From an uncultured Desulfobacterales bacterium (lineage in GTDB: Bacteria > Desulfobacterota > Desulfobacteria > Desulfobacterales > UBA11574): a DNA stretch of 64,000 nt. The translations under genes were made by a program, and so were the position numbers. The DNA lies in assembly GCA_937998305.1 (NCBI GenBank), contig CALLDL010000148.1, positions 8,839 to 72,838 of the forward strand. The letters are read 5' to 3'. The notes beneath the pieces were generated by a model. It worked only from the letters and a program-made list of their open reading frames with translations. It had not been told where the DNA came from and searched no databases. Shown one piece after another: positions 30,612 to 40,169 of the stretch; the stretch's first letter is position 1, and each line of letters opens with the position of its first letter.

Positions 30612-32201
30612 ATGGCCGAAAATCGATCATTCTGGGAAAATGAAGAAAAAAAACTGGATGAACGGGTTTACCAGGCCATGTGGCCCGGTGGAAAAAAAGC
30701 TGTGGAAAGGCTGATAAAGCAGGGAAAACAGCCGGTCCGGGAACTTGTCAATAAACTCATCGATCCGGAAACCGAATTTTATGAACTCGGAGGTATCGCA
30801 GGGTTTGGAATGGATTACCCCGGGGTCATGGATGTTCCCTGCGGCGGTCTTGTAACAGGATTGGGGAAAATTCACGGCAACTGGACCATGATTTTTGCCA
30901 ATGACAGTCGTGTGAAAGCCGGCACTTATTTCCCGATTACATTAAAAAAACATATGAGGGCCCAGGCCATCGCCGAGCACTGCGGACTGAACTGTGTTTA
31001 CATTGCGGATTCAGGCGGTGCTTTCCTCCCCATGCAGGCCGAAGTTTTCCCTGACGATCAGCATTTTGGATCCATGTTTTATAATATGGCACGAATGTCG
31101 GCAATGGGACTTAAGCAGATTACTATGAGCACCGGCGGCAATACGGCAGGCGGTGCCTACATTGTTTTTATGGCCTGTCAGTCGGTGATGATCGACAAAC
31201 TGGCTTACTCTTTTTTGGGCGGCCCTCCGCTGGTAAAAATGGCAACCGGCGAAGTTATCTCCGCTGAAGATCTGGGCGGAGCAAAAGTACATACTCAGGT
31301 TTCAGGCGGGGCAGATTATTTTTGCACCCATCAGGATGAGGCCATTGCCCGCGTTCGCGAGATTCTCATGCTGGAACCTCCCCAGAAACTTCATCTCCAC
31401 CGTTATGCCGAAACACCGCCACAAGTATCCGAAGATGCCATTTATGAGATCCTGCCGGCTTCCGTTCATCAGGGAATCAATGTTCATTCTTTTCTTGAGG
31501 CTATTGCTGATGACAGTCTCTTTTCTGAGTATAAAAAGAACTATGCCCCGGGCCGGGGAAATAATATCGTGACCGGCAAGATGCGCCTTAAGGGCATCAC
31601 TGTGGGTGTCGTTGCATCCAACGGTGTGGGCATCATATTTTTTGAAGCAGCATGCAAAGCCACGGAATGGATTATCCGCTGCTGTCAGGAGAAAATTCCG
31701 CTGCTTTTTGTCCAGAGCTCGCCAGGATACATGGTGGGATCAGAATCAGAACATATGGGGATCGGAAAATACGGCGCAGACATGGTAAGGGCGGTTTCAT
31801 GTGCCCAAGTGCCCCGTATTCAGCTCGTCATCGGACCGGACAACGGGGCAGCCAATTATGGAATGTGTGGTAGAGCATACAGGCCCCATTTTCTATTTTC
31901 CACCATGCGGGCAAGAACGTCTGTCATGAGCGGAAGAAGTGCTGCCGGGGTCCTGCTTTCCATTGAAGAGCGAAAACGGGCCAAACAGAATAATCCGATG
32001 ACCGGATCGGAAAAAGAAGATTTCAACCAAGAGATGATCAATAAATATGACGAAGAAGCACATCCGTTCTACTGCGGCGCTCGCCTGTTGAATGACAGGA
32101 TTCTAAAATTTTCTGAAATTCGCAACTGGCTTGCCATGGCACTTGAAGTCAGTCTGTTGAAACCCATCGGTGAGGCTTCTTTTGGGAACTTTCGGTTTTG
32201 A
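30612..32201 (+). CDS. acyl-CoA carboxylase carboxyltransferase (beta) subunit, methylcrotonyl-CoA carboxylase-like
   Basis: About 529 aa from ATG 30612 (MAENRSFWENEEKK), which follows GAGGAAA. Carboxyl_trans family features are present (two crotonase-like halves, GGAYIVFM). The track start at 30417 overlaps the previous gene by about 185 nt and is rejected. Confidence 0.85.
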   Translation: MAENRSFWENEEKKLDERVYQAMWPGGKKAVERLIKQGKQPVRELVNKLIDPETEFYELGGIAGFGMDYPGVMDVPCGGLVTGLGKIHGNWTMIFANDSRVKAGTYFPITLKKHMRAQAIAEHCGLNCVYIADSGGAFLPMQAEVFPDDQHFGSMFYNMARMSAMGLKQITMSTGGNTAGGAYIVFMACQSVMIDKLAYSFLGGPPLVKMATGEVISAEDLGGAKVHTQVSGGADYFCTHQDEAIARVREILMLEPPQKLHLHRYAETPPQVSEDAIYEILPASVHQGINVHSFLEAIADDSLFSEYKKNYAPGRGNNIVTGKMRLKGITVGVVASNGVGIIFFEAACKATEWIIRCCQEKIPLLFVQSSPGYMVGSESEHMGIGKYGADMVRAVSCAQVPRIQLVIGPDNGAANYGMCGRAYRPHFLFSTMRARTSVMSGRSAAGVLLSIEERKRAKQNNPMTGSEKEDFNQEMINKYDEEAHPFYCGARLLNDRILKFSEIRNWLAMALEVSLLKPIGEASFGNFRF

Positions 32202-32213
32202 CAAGGAGAAAAG

Positions 32214-33233
32214 ATGGCACATTTAGAATATCCGAAAAAGGTTGTTTTAGGAGACATAACCGTCAGAGACGGTTTCCAGCATGAAGAAAAATTTATTCCA
32301 ACCGATGCAAAACTGTGGTTGGCTGAAGAGCTTATTCTCGCAGGTTTCAAACGCCTAGAGGTTACCAACTTTGGTAACCCCAAGGTGATGCCTCAGTTTA
32401 AGGATGCCGACGCGCTTTCAAAACGCCTTCATACCAGCAAGAAAGTGGGCCATCTAATAAAAGATGTGGAAATTACCGCCATAACCATCCGGGAAAGGGC
32501 CGTAGAGCGAACCATCCAGGCCCGCAAAGAAGGCTTTGGACCGGACCGAATTCTGTTTATGGTCTCAACCAGCGAATCCCACCATAGAACCAACTCCGGA
32601 CTCTCTTTGGATGAATACTGGAAGATGTGCGAAACATATATTCCAAAAGCCCATGATGCGGGAATGAAAGTCTGTGGAACGGTGAGCACCATATGGGGAT
32701 GTCCCATTGAAGGTCCGACGGAGTTGAAAAAAGCCGTTGAATTTACACAGCGATGGCTGGACATCGGGGCTGATGATATTGAACATGCCGATCATGACGG
32801 ATCTGCACCGCCGAACAAAGTGTATGAGTATTATTCCATGATTCTTGATGCCATCCCGGACCCGTCAAAACATATTGCTCACTTTCATGTGACCCGGGGC
32901 TGGGGTCTAGCCAATGTGCTGGCTGCGCTTCAATCCGGAATCACACATTTCGAATCGACCCTGGGTGGAACCGGCGGCCAGCCCGCCAACTTTATGGACG
33001 GCGTTCCGGTTCCCGGTACCGGAAAATATTATTATGAGGATCCGGGTATTGTGGGACTTGTTTCCACCGAAGACATGGTGGTTATGATGGATGAAATGGG
33101 TATAGATACCGGTATTGATGTGGACAGGGTGCTGAACATCGGCCGTATGTTGGAAAAGATTATCGGCCGACGACTCCGCTCGGAATGTGTGCATACCGGG
33201 AGAATACCTAAAGGGTTGACTGGACGAATATAA
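32214..33233 (+). CDS. hydroxymethylglutaryl-CoA lyase-like (HMGL/DRE-TIM family)
   Basis: 339 aa. N-terminal VVLGDITVRDGFQHE motif and HFHVTRGWGLANVLAAL metal-site context. RBS AAGGAGAA upstream. Confidence 0.82.
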   Translation: MAHLEYPKKVVLGDITVRDGFQHEEKFIPTDAKLWLAEELILAGFKRLEVTNFGNPKVMPQFKDADALSKRLHTSKKVGHLIKDVEITAITIRERAVERTIQARKEGFGPDRILFMVSTSESHHRTNSGLSLDEYWKMCETYIPKAHDAGMKVCGTVSTIWGCPIEGPTELKKAVEFTQRWLDIGADDIEHADHDGSAPPNKVYEYYSMILDAIPDPSKHIAHFHVTRGWGLANVLAALQSGITHFESTLGGTGGQPANFMDGVPVPGTGKYYYEDPGIVGLVSTEDMVVMMDEMGIDTGIDVDRVLNIGRMLEKIIGRRLRSECVHTGRIPKGLTGRI

Positions 33234-33382
33234 CCCGAATTTCTCATGAAAAATATTAAAAGGAAAGGGAAATAACTCGATACCAATAAATTATCTCGAA
33301 AAACAATTCACTAAGGAGTACAAATCCCACTCGACATTTTTTATTGATATAATGACCTTGATATCAAACCAGAAAAAGTTAC

Positions 33383-33629
33383 AAGTGCCTAAAGTGAGCT
33401 AAGGTGGTCTAAAGCCCGCCCTGGTGCGAATTGTTAATATATTGATCTGACTTATATATCAATACAAACATAACTTTTATAATATAAAGTGTTGGTGATC
33501 GGTCTGGGCCAGGGTTAAAAAATTTTTTAGCCAATTATATTTTAATGACAGCGCGTTAGCGCTTCCTCAACTTCCCCGTTTAATACGGGACAAATAGGCA
33601 CTTTAGATCACTTCAAACTTTAGGCACTT
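33383..33629. mobile_element. 247-bp MITE-like element (family F)
   Basis: Terminal inverted repeat aagtgcctaaagt...tctaaag / ctttaga...actttaggcactt. The outer 13 nt are perfect. Lies 30 nt upstream of the second XRE/cupin gene. Confidence 0.6.
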
Positions 33630-33658
33630 TCCCGATTCATCCGGGATGGGAGCGTAAA

Positions 33659-34297
33659 ATGGAACACAACAAAAAGACCCCACACATCAATGTAGATTTT
33701 TTTGAAGATCTGACCGGCGATATTTCTGAAGCGACCTGCGAGGGCGTCGAAGAAATCGGCAAACGGATCAGAATGCTCAGAGAAGAGAAAGGGCTTTCTA
33801 TAGAAGAGCTTTCAAACTTGACAGGATTTGACGTAGAATTTCTGTCAAACATCGAAACCAATAAAGTACAGCCTCAACTCGGAACGGTGATCAAGCTTTC
33901 CAAGGCCCTTGACAGTGCGTTCAGCCGTCTGATTTCAGGAACAGGAGATAAAATCTATTCTGTTACCCGAAAGAACGAACAAAAAATCGTCTCCCGGTCC
34001 ACTGCTCAGAAAGGCAAAAAACAGGTTTATATCTATAAAAGCCTGGCCCCGGAAGTAAAGGGGCGCCACATGGAAGCACTGATCGTTCAGCTTGAGGAAA
34101 ACCCTGACAAAGAAGTTTCCGTACATGACGGCGAAGAATTTATCTATGTGTTAGATGGTACTATTGTGCTGGATATCGGAGAGGATACATACGACTTGGA
34201 ACCCGGAGACAGCGCCTACTATCTGTCCACAACGCCGCATCTGGTCGCTTCGAAAAAAGGGAAAGCGACGATATTGGCTGTGCTTTATGAAGGCTAG
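33659..34297 (+). CDS. XRE-family HTH regulator with cupin domain (second copy)
   Basis: 212 aa. HTH_3 (LSIEELSNLTGFDVEFLSNIETNK) plus cupin (GEEFIYVLDGTIVLDIGEDTYDLEPGDSAYY). Confidence 0.85.
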   Translation: MEHNKKTPHINVDFFEDLTGDISEATCEGVEEIGKRIRMLREEKGLSIEELSNLTGFDVEFLSNIETNKVQPQLGTVIKLSKALDSAFSRLISGTGDKIYSVTRKNEQKIVSRSTAQKGKKQVYIYKSLAPEVKGRHMEALIVQLEENPDKEVSVHDGEEFIYVLDGTIVLDIGEDTYDLEPGDSAYYLSTTPHLVASKKGKATILAVLYEG

Positions 34298-34516
34298 TTT
34301 CCACTTTCTAAACGGATCTTTCTCCAATTGGCGGCGTTCTCAGCGGGTTTTTCGTTTGCAACATACAGAAAGTATGTCTTCCTGTCCCGCTATGCGGGGA
34401 ACGAAAACCCTTGTGCTGCCCCCGTTAAAAACAAACGGGATTTCGTGTCTGATTTAAAAAAATAAAGGCACTCAACTTGCCTATCGAAGAAATCTCTCGT
34501 TTATAAAGTGGAAACT
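34296..34516 (-). mobile_element. MITE-like element, family B, copy 2 (inverted relative to copy 1)
   Basis: Ends agtttccactttctaaacgg / cgtttataaagtggaaact. Its internal block is the reverse complement of the B1 block. Its left end overlaps the TAG stop (34295-34297) of the XRE/cupin gene. Confidence 0.75.
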
Positions 34517-34619
34517 TAGTCAGCCAGCATACTCCGATAAAATGAGTTTCTCCGCATATAGCATCGCTGAAACGAAATCTTTCATTTGATCCGACAAGCT
34601 GTAGAAGAAAAAAGTTCAA

Positions 34620-35399
34620 TTGAAAAGAACTGTCAGGAAAGGAGAAATATTGGACCTAAGCAACGTCAATTCGATAGAAGACCTGGATCACAAACACACC
34701 GCCAAGCTTGTGCTGGACATGTTCCATCGCATCATCATCCATTATGCCTTATGGTTTAACGAAGTCAAACATCAGATGGGAATGGAAAAGGCTCTCGATA
34801 TTCTTAATACTGCATCTAAAAGAGGTTATGACATTCAAATGAAACGGCTTTCAAAAGTTCTTGGGTTTGAAATGAAAGACAACATTCCGCTGCCGCTTTT
34901 GAACATGTCGAAAGAATCACTGACGGCACTTATGGATAGTGTGGCTGCAAACTGGGTGGTCAATGACGGGGTGTGGTTTCAAGCCGTGGAATTTACCAGA
35001 GGTATGAACGATGCCAAGCGATGTAATGATTCATGCTGGGCTCAGTTTTCCCCTTTTGAAGCCTGGGCTGTTAAGAATTTTTTGAACCTTTCCGAAAAAC
35101 CGGGACTCGAGGGTTTAAAAAAGGCCCTCAATTTTCGTGTTCATGCTCGTGTCAACACGCATTCCATTGTAGATGAAGCGTCTGATAGTTTTACCTTTCA
35201 AATGAATGAATGCCGGGTTCAATCTGCAAGAAAACGCAAAGGGCTTGACGATTATCCATGTAAATCCGGAGGACTTGTGGAACATACGTATTTTGCCAGA
35301 TCTGTCGATCCAAGAATCCATACCGAATGTATCGGCTGTCCGCCGGATGATCATCCCGATGAATGGTACTGCGCATGGCGCTTTAGGATTAATACCTGA
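34620..35399 (+). CDS. conserved hypothetical protein, ATC-hydrolase-like / DUF6125-like (family call from memory)
   Basis: 259 aa. C-terminal Cys-rich block CRVQSARKRKGLDDYPCKSGGLVEH...ECIGCPPDDHPDEWYCAW. An alternative TTG start at 34650 follows AAGGAG. Confidence 0.5.
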   Translation: MKRTVRKGEILDLSNVNSIEDLDHKHTAKLVLDMFHRIIIHYALWFNEVKHQMGMEKALDILNTASKRGYDIQMKRLSKVLGFEMKDNIPLPLLNMSKESLTALMDSVAANWVVNDGVWFQAVEFTRGMNDAKRCNDSCWAQFSPFEAWAVKNFLNLSEKPGLEGLKKALNFRVHARVNTHSIVDEASDSFTFQMNECRVQSARKRKGLDDYPCKSGGLVEHTYFARSVDPRIHTECIGCPPDDHPDEWYCAWRFRINT

Positions 35400-35637
35400 T
35401 TTTGCAAGAATGGATATGGTTCTGGCTTTTCCCATCCAGAACCATTTCGATGAACCCTGTTCAAAAATTGTTCGCAGGCACCATGTTCACCCGAGTAACC
35501 TTCAGATTTTTCGATTTTTAAATTATGCCGAACCTATCACATACGCCTTATTGCCAAAGAAGAGGATCGGATTAAATTCATTCAGGATGATTACCGTGTT
35601 TCAAGGGTAAGAACTATTCAGATTTTAAAAAGAATAG

Positions 35638-36255
35638 CTAACCGGAAAGATTTGCTGCGAACATGATAAGCTCAACCGCTTTTTCAATGGAGGTTCGGTT
35701 CATGTTCAACGTCAAGTGAAACCAAAGCGAGTCGTCAAATCCCGCCCCGCAAATTGATCTGCGGAACCAATGCAGATTTCTATCTCTTTTTTCTATAAAC
35801 TTTTGGACGCGATCCGGGCGTATTTTATAGTTTTCCAAAGCATATTTTTTTCGCCAATCCATTGGTGCAACCAAACGAATATGACAGCAATTTTTCATAT
35901 CTTTTAAAAAAAAGTATGCTGCTCGTCCAATAATGACAACATTGTCTTTCCGGGCTGTTTCCAAGATAAGGTTTCCCAAGCTTTTCTGATATTCTTCCTC
36001 TTCTACTACGCTTTTATCGTATCCCACAATTCTCTCTATATAGGATGTGCTGAAAGCCTTGGCGAAAGTGTTGGATATGTGATATTCTCGACTCTTTTCA
36101 AAAGATTCCAATGTTCTTTCCGAGACATTCAGATCTTCGGCAATTTTTTGAAAAAGAGATTTGTCAACGTACTGGTAGTCGAGTCTCCTTGCAAGCAACC
36201 GTCCCAGTTTTCTGCCGCCTGTAGCCATTTCTCTGGTGATCGTGATTACGGCCAT
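35638..36255 (-). CDS. cytidylate kinase-like family protein
   Basis: 205 aa. N-terminal ITITREMATGGRKLGRLLARRLDYQYVDK, typical of the CMK-like AAA_28-type family. Confidence 0.7.
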   Translation of the reverse strand: MAVITITREMATGGRKLGRLLARRLDYQYVDKSLFQKIAEDLNVSERTLESFEKSREYHISNTFAKAFSTSYIERIVGYDKSVVEEEEYQKSLGNLILETARKDNVVIIGRAAYFFLKDMKNCCHIRLVAPMDWRKKYALENYKIRPDRVQKFIEKRDRNLHWFRRSICGAGFDDSLWFHLTLNMNRTSIEKAVELIMFAANLSG

Positions 36256-36487
36256 ATATTTTCTCCTCTGTTATTAACTTGAAATTCTATAGTTCTTCTA
36301 ATCTATTAGAATTATTATAACTGCTGTCTATGTCATCGTCATTACCACCCCGCATCAAGTGCAGAATAAATTGTAGCGCATTCCAGAATATTTTGAGGAA
36401 CCGAAAAGGAGCGTCTACGTTAAAAAGAAGGCCGGCACTAGTAAATATTTTATCACATTTGATTTTATAAAATGCAATAGATTTTAT

Positions 36488-36645
36488 GTACGTGTTAACG
36501 GGGTGTGCTTCCTTGTATAACGATATTGGCTGAGTGGCTTCTTCATTTCAATGACTTAGTAGTGGGGGAGACTGCGGCTCCCGCATGCTTTTTGCGGGAG
36601 AACGCGGAGGGAGCAGGAATGCTATCGCTGCTAAGTCATTGAAAC
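36488..36645. mobile_element. family D element, copy 2 (right terminal repeat missing)
   Basis: gtacgtgttaacggggtgtgcttccttg...tcatttcaatgacttagtagtggggg...gctaagtcattgaaa is collinear with 12661-12820. It is truncated before the right terminal repeat. Confidence 0.7.
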
Positions 36646-36662
36646 GCTCAATTTAAATTATA

Positions 36663-37025
36663 TTAATTGGCGCCTGCTTGCATAGAAAGATGCTGGACCG
36701 AATTCACCAGATCTTCAAGGGGGAAAGGTTTTGTGAAAACAGCATCAAACTGATTTTTCTCGACGAGCCAGGGTGTTCCAGAAAAGCCTATGATCGGAGT
36801 GTACGGTCTATCGGAATTACGGATGTACTTAACAACATCCCGGCCGTCTATTCCTGGCATTAGGATGTCTGTGATGACCAGGTCAGATTGACCGCTATCG
36901 AATTTTTGAATTCCCCTTTGGCCATCCAAGGCAATATCAACCTTAAAACCGGTTCTTGATAATGCCGTCTGAACGACATTCAATATCCCCCTTTCATCTT
37001 TAAAATTCATTTTTTTCTTAAACAT
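36663..37025 (-). CDS. stand-alone response-regulator receiver domain (atypical N-terminus)
   Basis: 120 aa. Phospho-acceptor context DLVITDILMPGIDG, GFSG and the conserved Lys in FTKPF. The usual N-terminal beta1 plus DD pair is reduced to MNFKDE. Confidence 0.7.
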   Translation of the reverse strand: MFKKKMNFKDERGILNVVQTALSRTGFKVDIALDGQRGIQKFDSGQSDLVITDILMPGIDGRDVVKYIRNSDRPYTPIIGFSGTPWLVEKNQFDAVFTKPFPLEDLVNSVQHLSMQAGAN

Positions 37026-37224
37026 TTCAGATAGATCTTCATTAAAACTGAGTTTTGAACAATTTTAAACAAACAGAATATTCTTTGAAAATTTCATGAA
37101 ATCTTTAATTTTCATTAAAATGTAATTCAATAATTATAAAACTACGAATGTCAATCTTTTATATAACGGAAGATGCCGGTGGGCAACGAATTTTGGCGTG
37201 CAAGATTCAGGCGATATAAGATGC

Positions 37225-38511
37225 TTATCTTTGAATCAAAAAAAGGCTCAACGCCGGAAAGTACGTAATGATCAGCAATGCTGCCAGCAGCACGATCATA
37301 AAGGGTATAGCCGCCTTGTAGAGTTCTGTGATGGATTTATCAAATCGGTAGCTTGCAATAAACAGGTTCATGCCCACGGGCGGCGTGAAGTAACCGATTT
37401 GCATGTTGGCCAGAAAAATGATGCCCAGATGAACCGGGTCTATCCCATAATTGACCGCCACAGGGAGTATAATGGGAATCATGATAACCAGCGCGGAAAA
37501 AATGTCCAAAATGGCGCCGAGTATCAACAACAAAATGTTCAACAAAATTAGAAATACGATTTTGTTGGTCACATGGGCCTGAATCAGATTAAATATGCGC
37601 ATGGGCACTTCAGCATCGATCAGAAAGTTGGTAGATGCCAACGCCACACCCAGAATGAGCAAAATCCCGCCCACCATTATCATCGATTCTCGCATAATTG
37701 AGGGAAGCTGAGAAATTTTGATCTCTTTGTATATAAAAACCTCCACAACCATAACATACATGGCCGTCACCGCAGCAGCTTCGGTAATGGCGAAGAACCC
37801 TCCGTAAATACCGCCCAACACAAAAAACGGCAGCGGTATTTCCCATATCGACTCACGCAGGGCAGCAACAGTGTCCTTTGATGAAAATGGCTCACAAGGA
37901 ATGGGATTCCGGCGGTTTTCCCACAGACCATATAATGACAGCATCAATACCATAAGAAGTGCCGGAAAAATACCGGCAAGGAATAAATCACTAATGGCCA
38001 CATTTTTCCCGATGTTCATCTGCTGTGCAATAATTCCATAAAGTATGAGAGGGAGCGAAGGTGGTAAAAGCAGCCCCAGGCTGCCAGACGATGTCACCAG
38101 TCCGATGCTGAATTTATCCCGGTAACCAGCCTCGGTCAATGCCGGATAGAGCAATGCGCCCAAGGCGACGATGGTCACCCCTGATGCACCGGTAAAAGCG
38201 GTGAAAAACGCACAGGCAACAAAGGCGACAATGGCCAGACCCCCTGGCATACATCCAATAATTGCCTTGGTGACCCTTACCAGCCGGTGAGACGTATTGC
38301 TTTCCCCGAGCATGTAGCCGGCAAATGTAAACAACGGTAACGCCAGCAAAACCGGCGTATCGGCAATACGATAAATTTCAATGGCGATCACCGACAGGTT
38401 AACGCCCAGATAGTGAAATCCAAGAATTGAAGCTGCCAGAATGACGGCAAATAGTGGTGTGCCGAAGATGGCAAGAAAAATTAATATTAGAGCGGATATG
38501 TATAGGGTCAC
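37225..38511 (-). CDS. dctM: TRAP transporter large permease
   Basis: 428 aa polytopic membrane protein of the DctM family. The start overlaps the dctQ stop. Confidence 0.9.
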   Translation of the reverse strand: MTLYISALILIFLAIFGTPLFAVILAASILGFHYLGVNLSVIAIEIYRIADTPVLLALPLFTFAGYMLGESNTSHRLVRVTKAIIGCMPGGLAIVAFVACAFFTAFTGASGVTIVALGALLYPALTEAGYRDKFSIGLVTSSGSLGLLLPPSLPLILYGIIAQQMNIGKNVAISDLFLAGIFPALLMVLMLSLYGLWENRRNPIPCEPFSSKDTVAALRESIWEIPLPFFVLGGIYGGFFAITEAAAVTAMYVMVVEVFIYKEIKISQLPSIMRESMIMVGGILLILGVALASTNFLIDAEVPMRIFNLIQAHVTNKIVFLILLNILLLILGAILDIFSALVIMIPIILPVAVNYGIDPVHLGIIFLANMQIGYFTPPVGMNLFIASYRFDKSITELYKAAIPFMIVLLAALLIITYFPALSLFLIQR

Positions 38512-39017
38512 GTTCGGAATTCAATAATGTTTTTGAAGTTTATAAATGATAACAAAAAATAACGAAGCGAAATAACCATAAAGGCAAAGGGAATGATGGA
38601 TTCACACAGCCATATCGGCACTTTTGCAAAAGATTCACCGCCGTAGGCAAATTCACTTTGAACAAACTGCAGGCTGTAATAGGCCACGATTAGACATATA
38701 AAAGCCGTAAAGAGCTCAACGACAAATCTAACTACGACTTTTGCACGTCCCGATAGATACCGATTCATAATGTCAATATTGATGTGATTCCCCTGACGGC
38801 TGGCCACCATTGCTCCTATAAGTCCAACCCACAGCACAAGCACACGCACCAAAACTTCACTCCAGACAATGCCGCTTCCGAAAAAATTACGAAGAAAAAT
38901 CTGAAGAACCGCCATGAAGATCATAAACAGCAGTAACCCCACTAGAATCGAATCTTCTACTCGGTAAATGATCGTCTTCGAACGCTCTAAAAAGGATCTA
39001 CGGGATTGTTTATTCAT
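38508..39017 (-). CDS. dctQ: TRAP transporter small permease
   Basis: 169 aa with four TM helices. Lies between dctP and dctM with overlapping junctions. Confidence 0.85.
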   Translation of the reverse strand: MNKQSRRSFLERSKTIIYRVEDSILVGLLLFMIFMAVLQIFLRNFFGSGIVWSEVLVRVLVLWVGLIGAMVASRQGNHINIDIMNRYLSGRAKVVVRFVVELFTAFICLIVAYYSLQFVQSEFAYGGESFAKVPIWLCESIIPFAFMVISLRYFLLSFINFKNIIEFRT

Positions 39018-40014
39018 GGGTTTTGGACTCCTTTAAACGATATTCCTTAAGAAGATTCTCCAGAGTGTCCACCATTTTCTGGGATAACCTGTTGGCTTTG
39101 ACCAGTCTATTGGGGACTTCTGAAGCGTCATTGCACCATTTCTTTAGAGATTCGGGAGAAGGCTTGATAAATTCTATTCCTTGTTTATGCAGCGCTTTCA
39201 CGGCTTTTATATTGTCTTCTCGGTTGCGCCGGTCCAGGGCTTTAAATACCTCACCCATGATTTCCCGAAAGGTTTGTTGATCGCCGGGTGATATTTTTTT
39301 AAACACTTTGCGATCCACCGCCAGCACACCATAAATGTATAGAAACGGTTCGTCCATCAAATATTTAATCTGTGTATGCCATTGCAGTGCCAAAGCCCCT
39401 ATGGGCGGAGTGGTCACAGTGTTAATGAGGCCGGTTTGAAGACCGGCCCGAACATCGGCAATGGATAAAGGGATGGGTGTAATGTCAAAAGCTTTGATCG
39501 CTTCCAGAATCATCGAATCATTATCTGGAATCCAGACTTTCTGTTGGCGCATATCATCGACTGTGTGTATCGGTACCGTGGACATGACGTAGGCAAAGCC
39601 GCCTTCAGCGATTCCAAAGATGATAAAGCCGCCTTTCTCAAAGCCATCAATAATTTGCTTGTCCAGATACCCACGAACATAATCGATCTCCTTGAACGAT
39701 CTGAAAAACAACGGCAAGCTGTAAATCTGATTGTCAGGATAAAACTGGGATAAGCTGCCACTGACAAAGGCGCCGCCTTGAAGCTGTCCGATACGGATCT
39801 TGCGCAGTACCGCCTTGTCATCTCCCATTACACCACCGGGATAGAATTTTATCTTAACCCGATTATCGGTTTTACGCGCCAGCTCCGTTGCACCTTCCCG
39901 CATTTTCTCCATCCAGACAGACCCTTCCGGCGAGAGGGTAGCGATCTTGAACCTCATGGCCTGAACCTGGCCGGTGAGCATTACAATGAGTATAAACACT
40001 ATGATTCTAATCAT
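39010..40014 (-). CDS. dctP: TRAP transporter DctP-type periplasmic solute-binding protein
   Basis: 334 aa. Signal peptide, then FKIATLSPEGSVWMEKM, typical of the DctP family. Confidence 0.88.
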   Translation of the reverse strand: MIRIIVFILIVMLTGQVQAMRFKIATLSPEGSVWMEKMREGATELARKTDNRVKIKFYPGGVMGDDKAVLRKIRIGQLQGGAFVSGSLSQFYPDNQIYSLPLFFRSFKEIDYVRGYLDKQIIDGFEKGGFIIFGIAEGGFAYVMSTVPIHTVDDMRQQKVWIPDNDSMILEAIKAFDITPIPLSIADVRAGLQTGLINTVTTPPIGALALQWHTQIKYLMDEPFLYIYGVLAVDRKVFKKISPGDQQTFREIMGEVFKALDRRNREDNIKAVKALHKQGIEFIKPSPESLKKWCNDASEVPNRLVKANRLSQKMVDTLENLLKEYRLKESKTHE

Positions 40015-40169
40015 TATTTAAGCACCTTTTGTCATTTTTGGTTAAATTTTCATTTTACATAAATAAATACACCTCAACACCTGACATAAATTGTTCCTAT
40101 GCAAAATTTAATTAGTGTCCATCCACGATTGGGGGAGACATGCTTAAGTGTCCAATGCAGAAATTAGCT

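Noticed and set aside
36293-36311. Inverted repeat ttctaat-ct-attagaa upstream of the cytidylate-kinase-like gene
   Set aside because: It is a 7-bp AT-rich inverted repeat with no second copy and no associated regulator. It is likely a chance occurrence.
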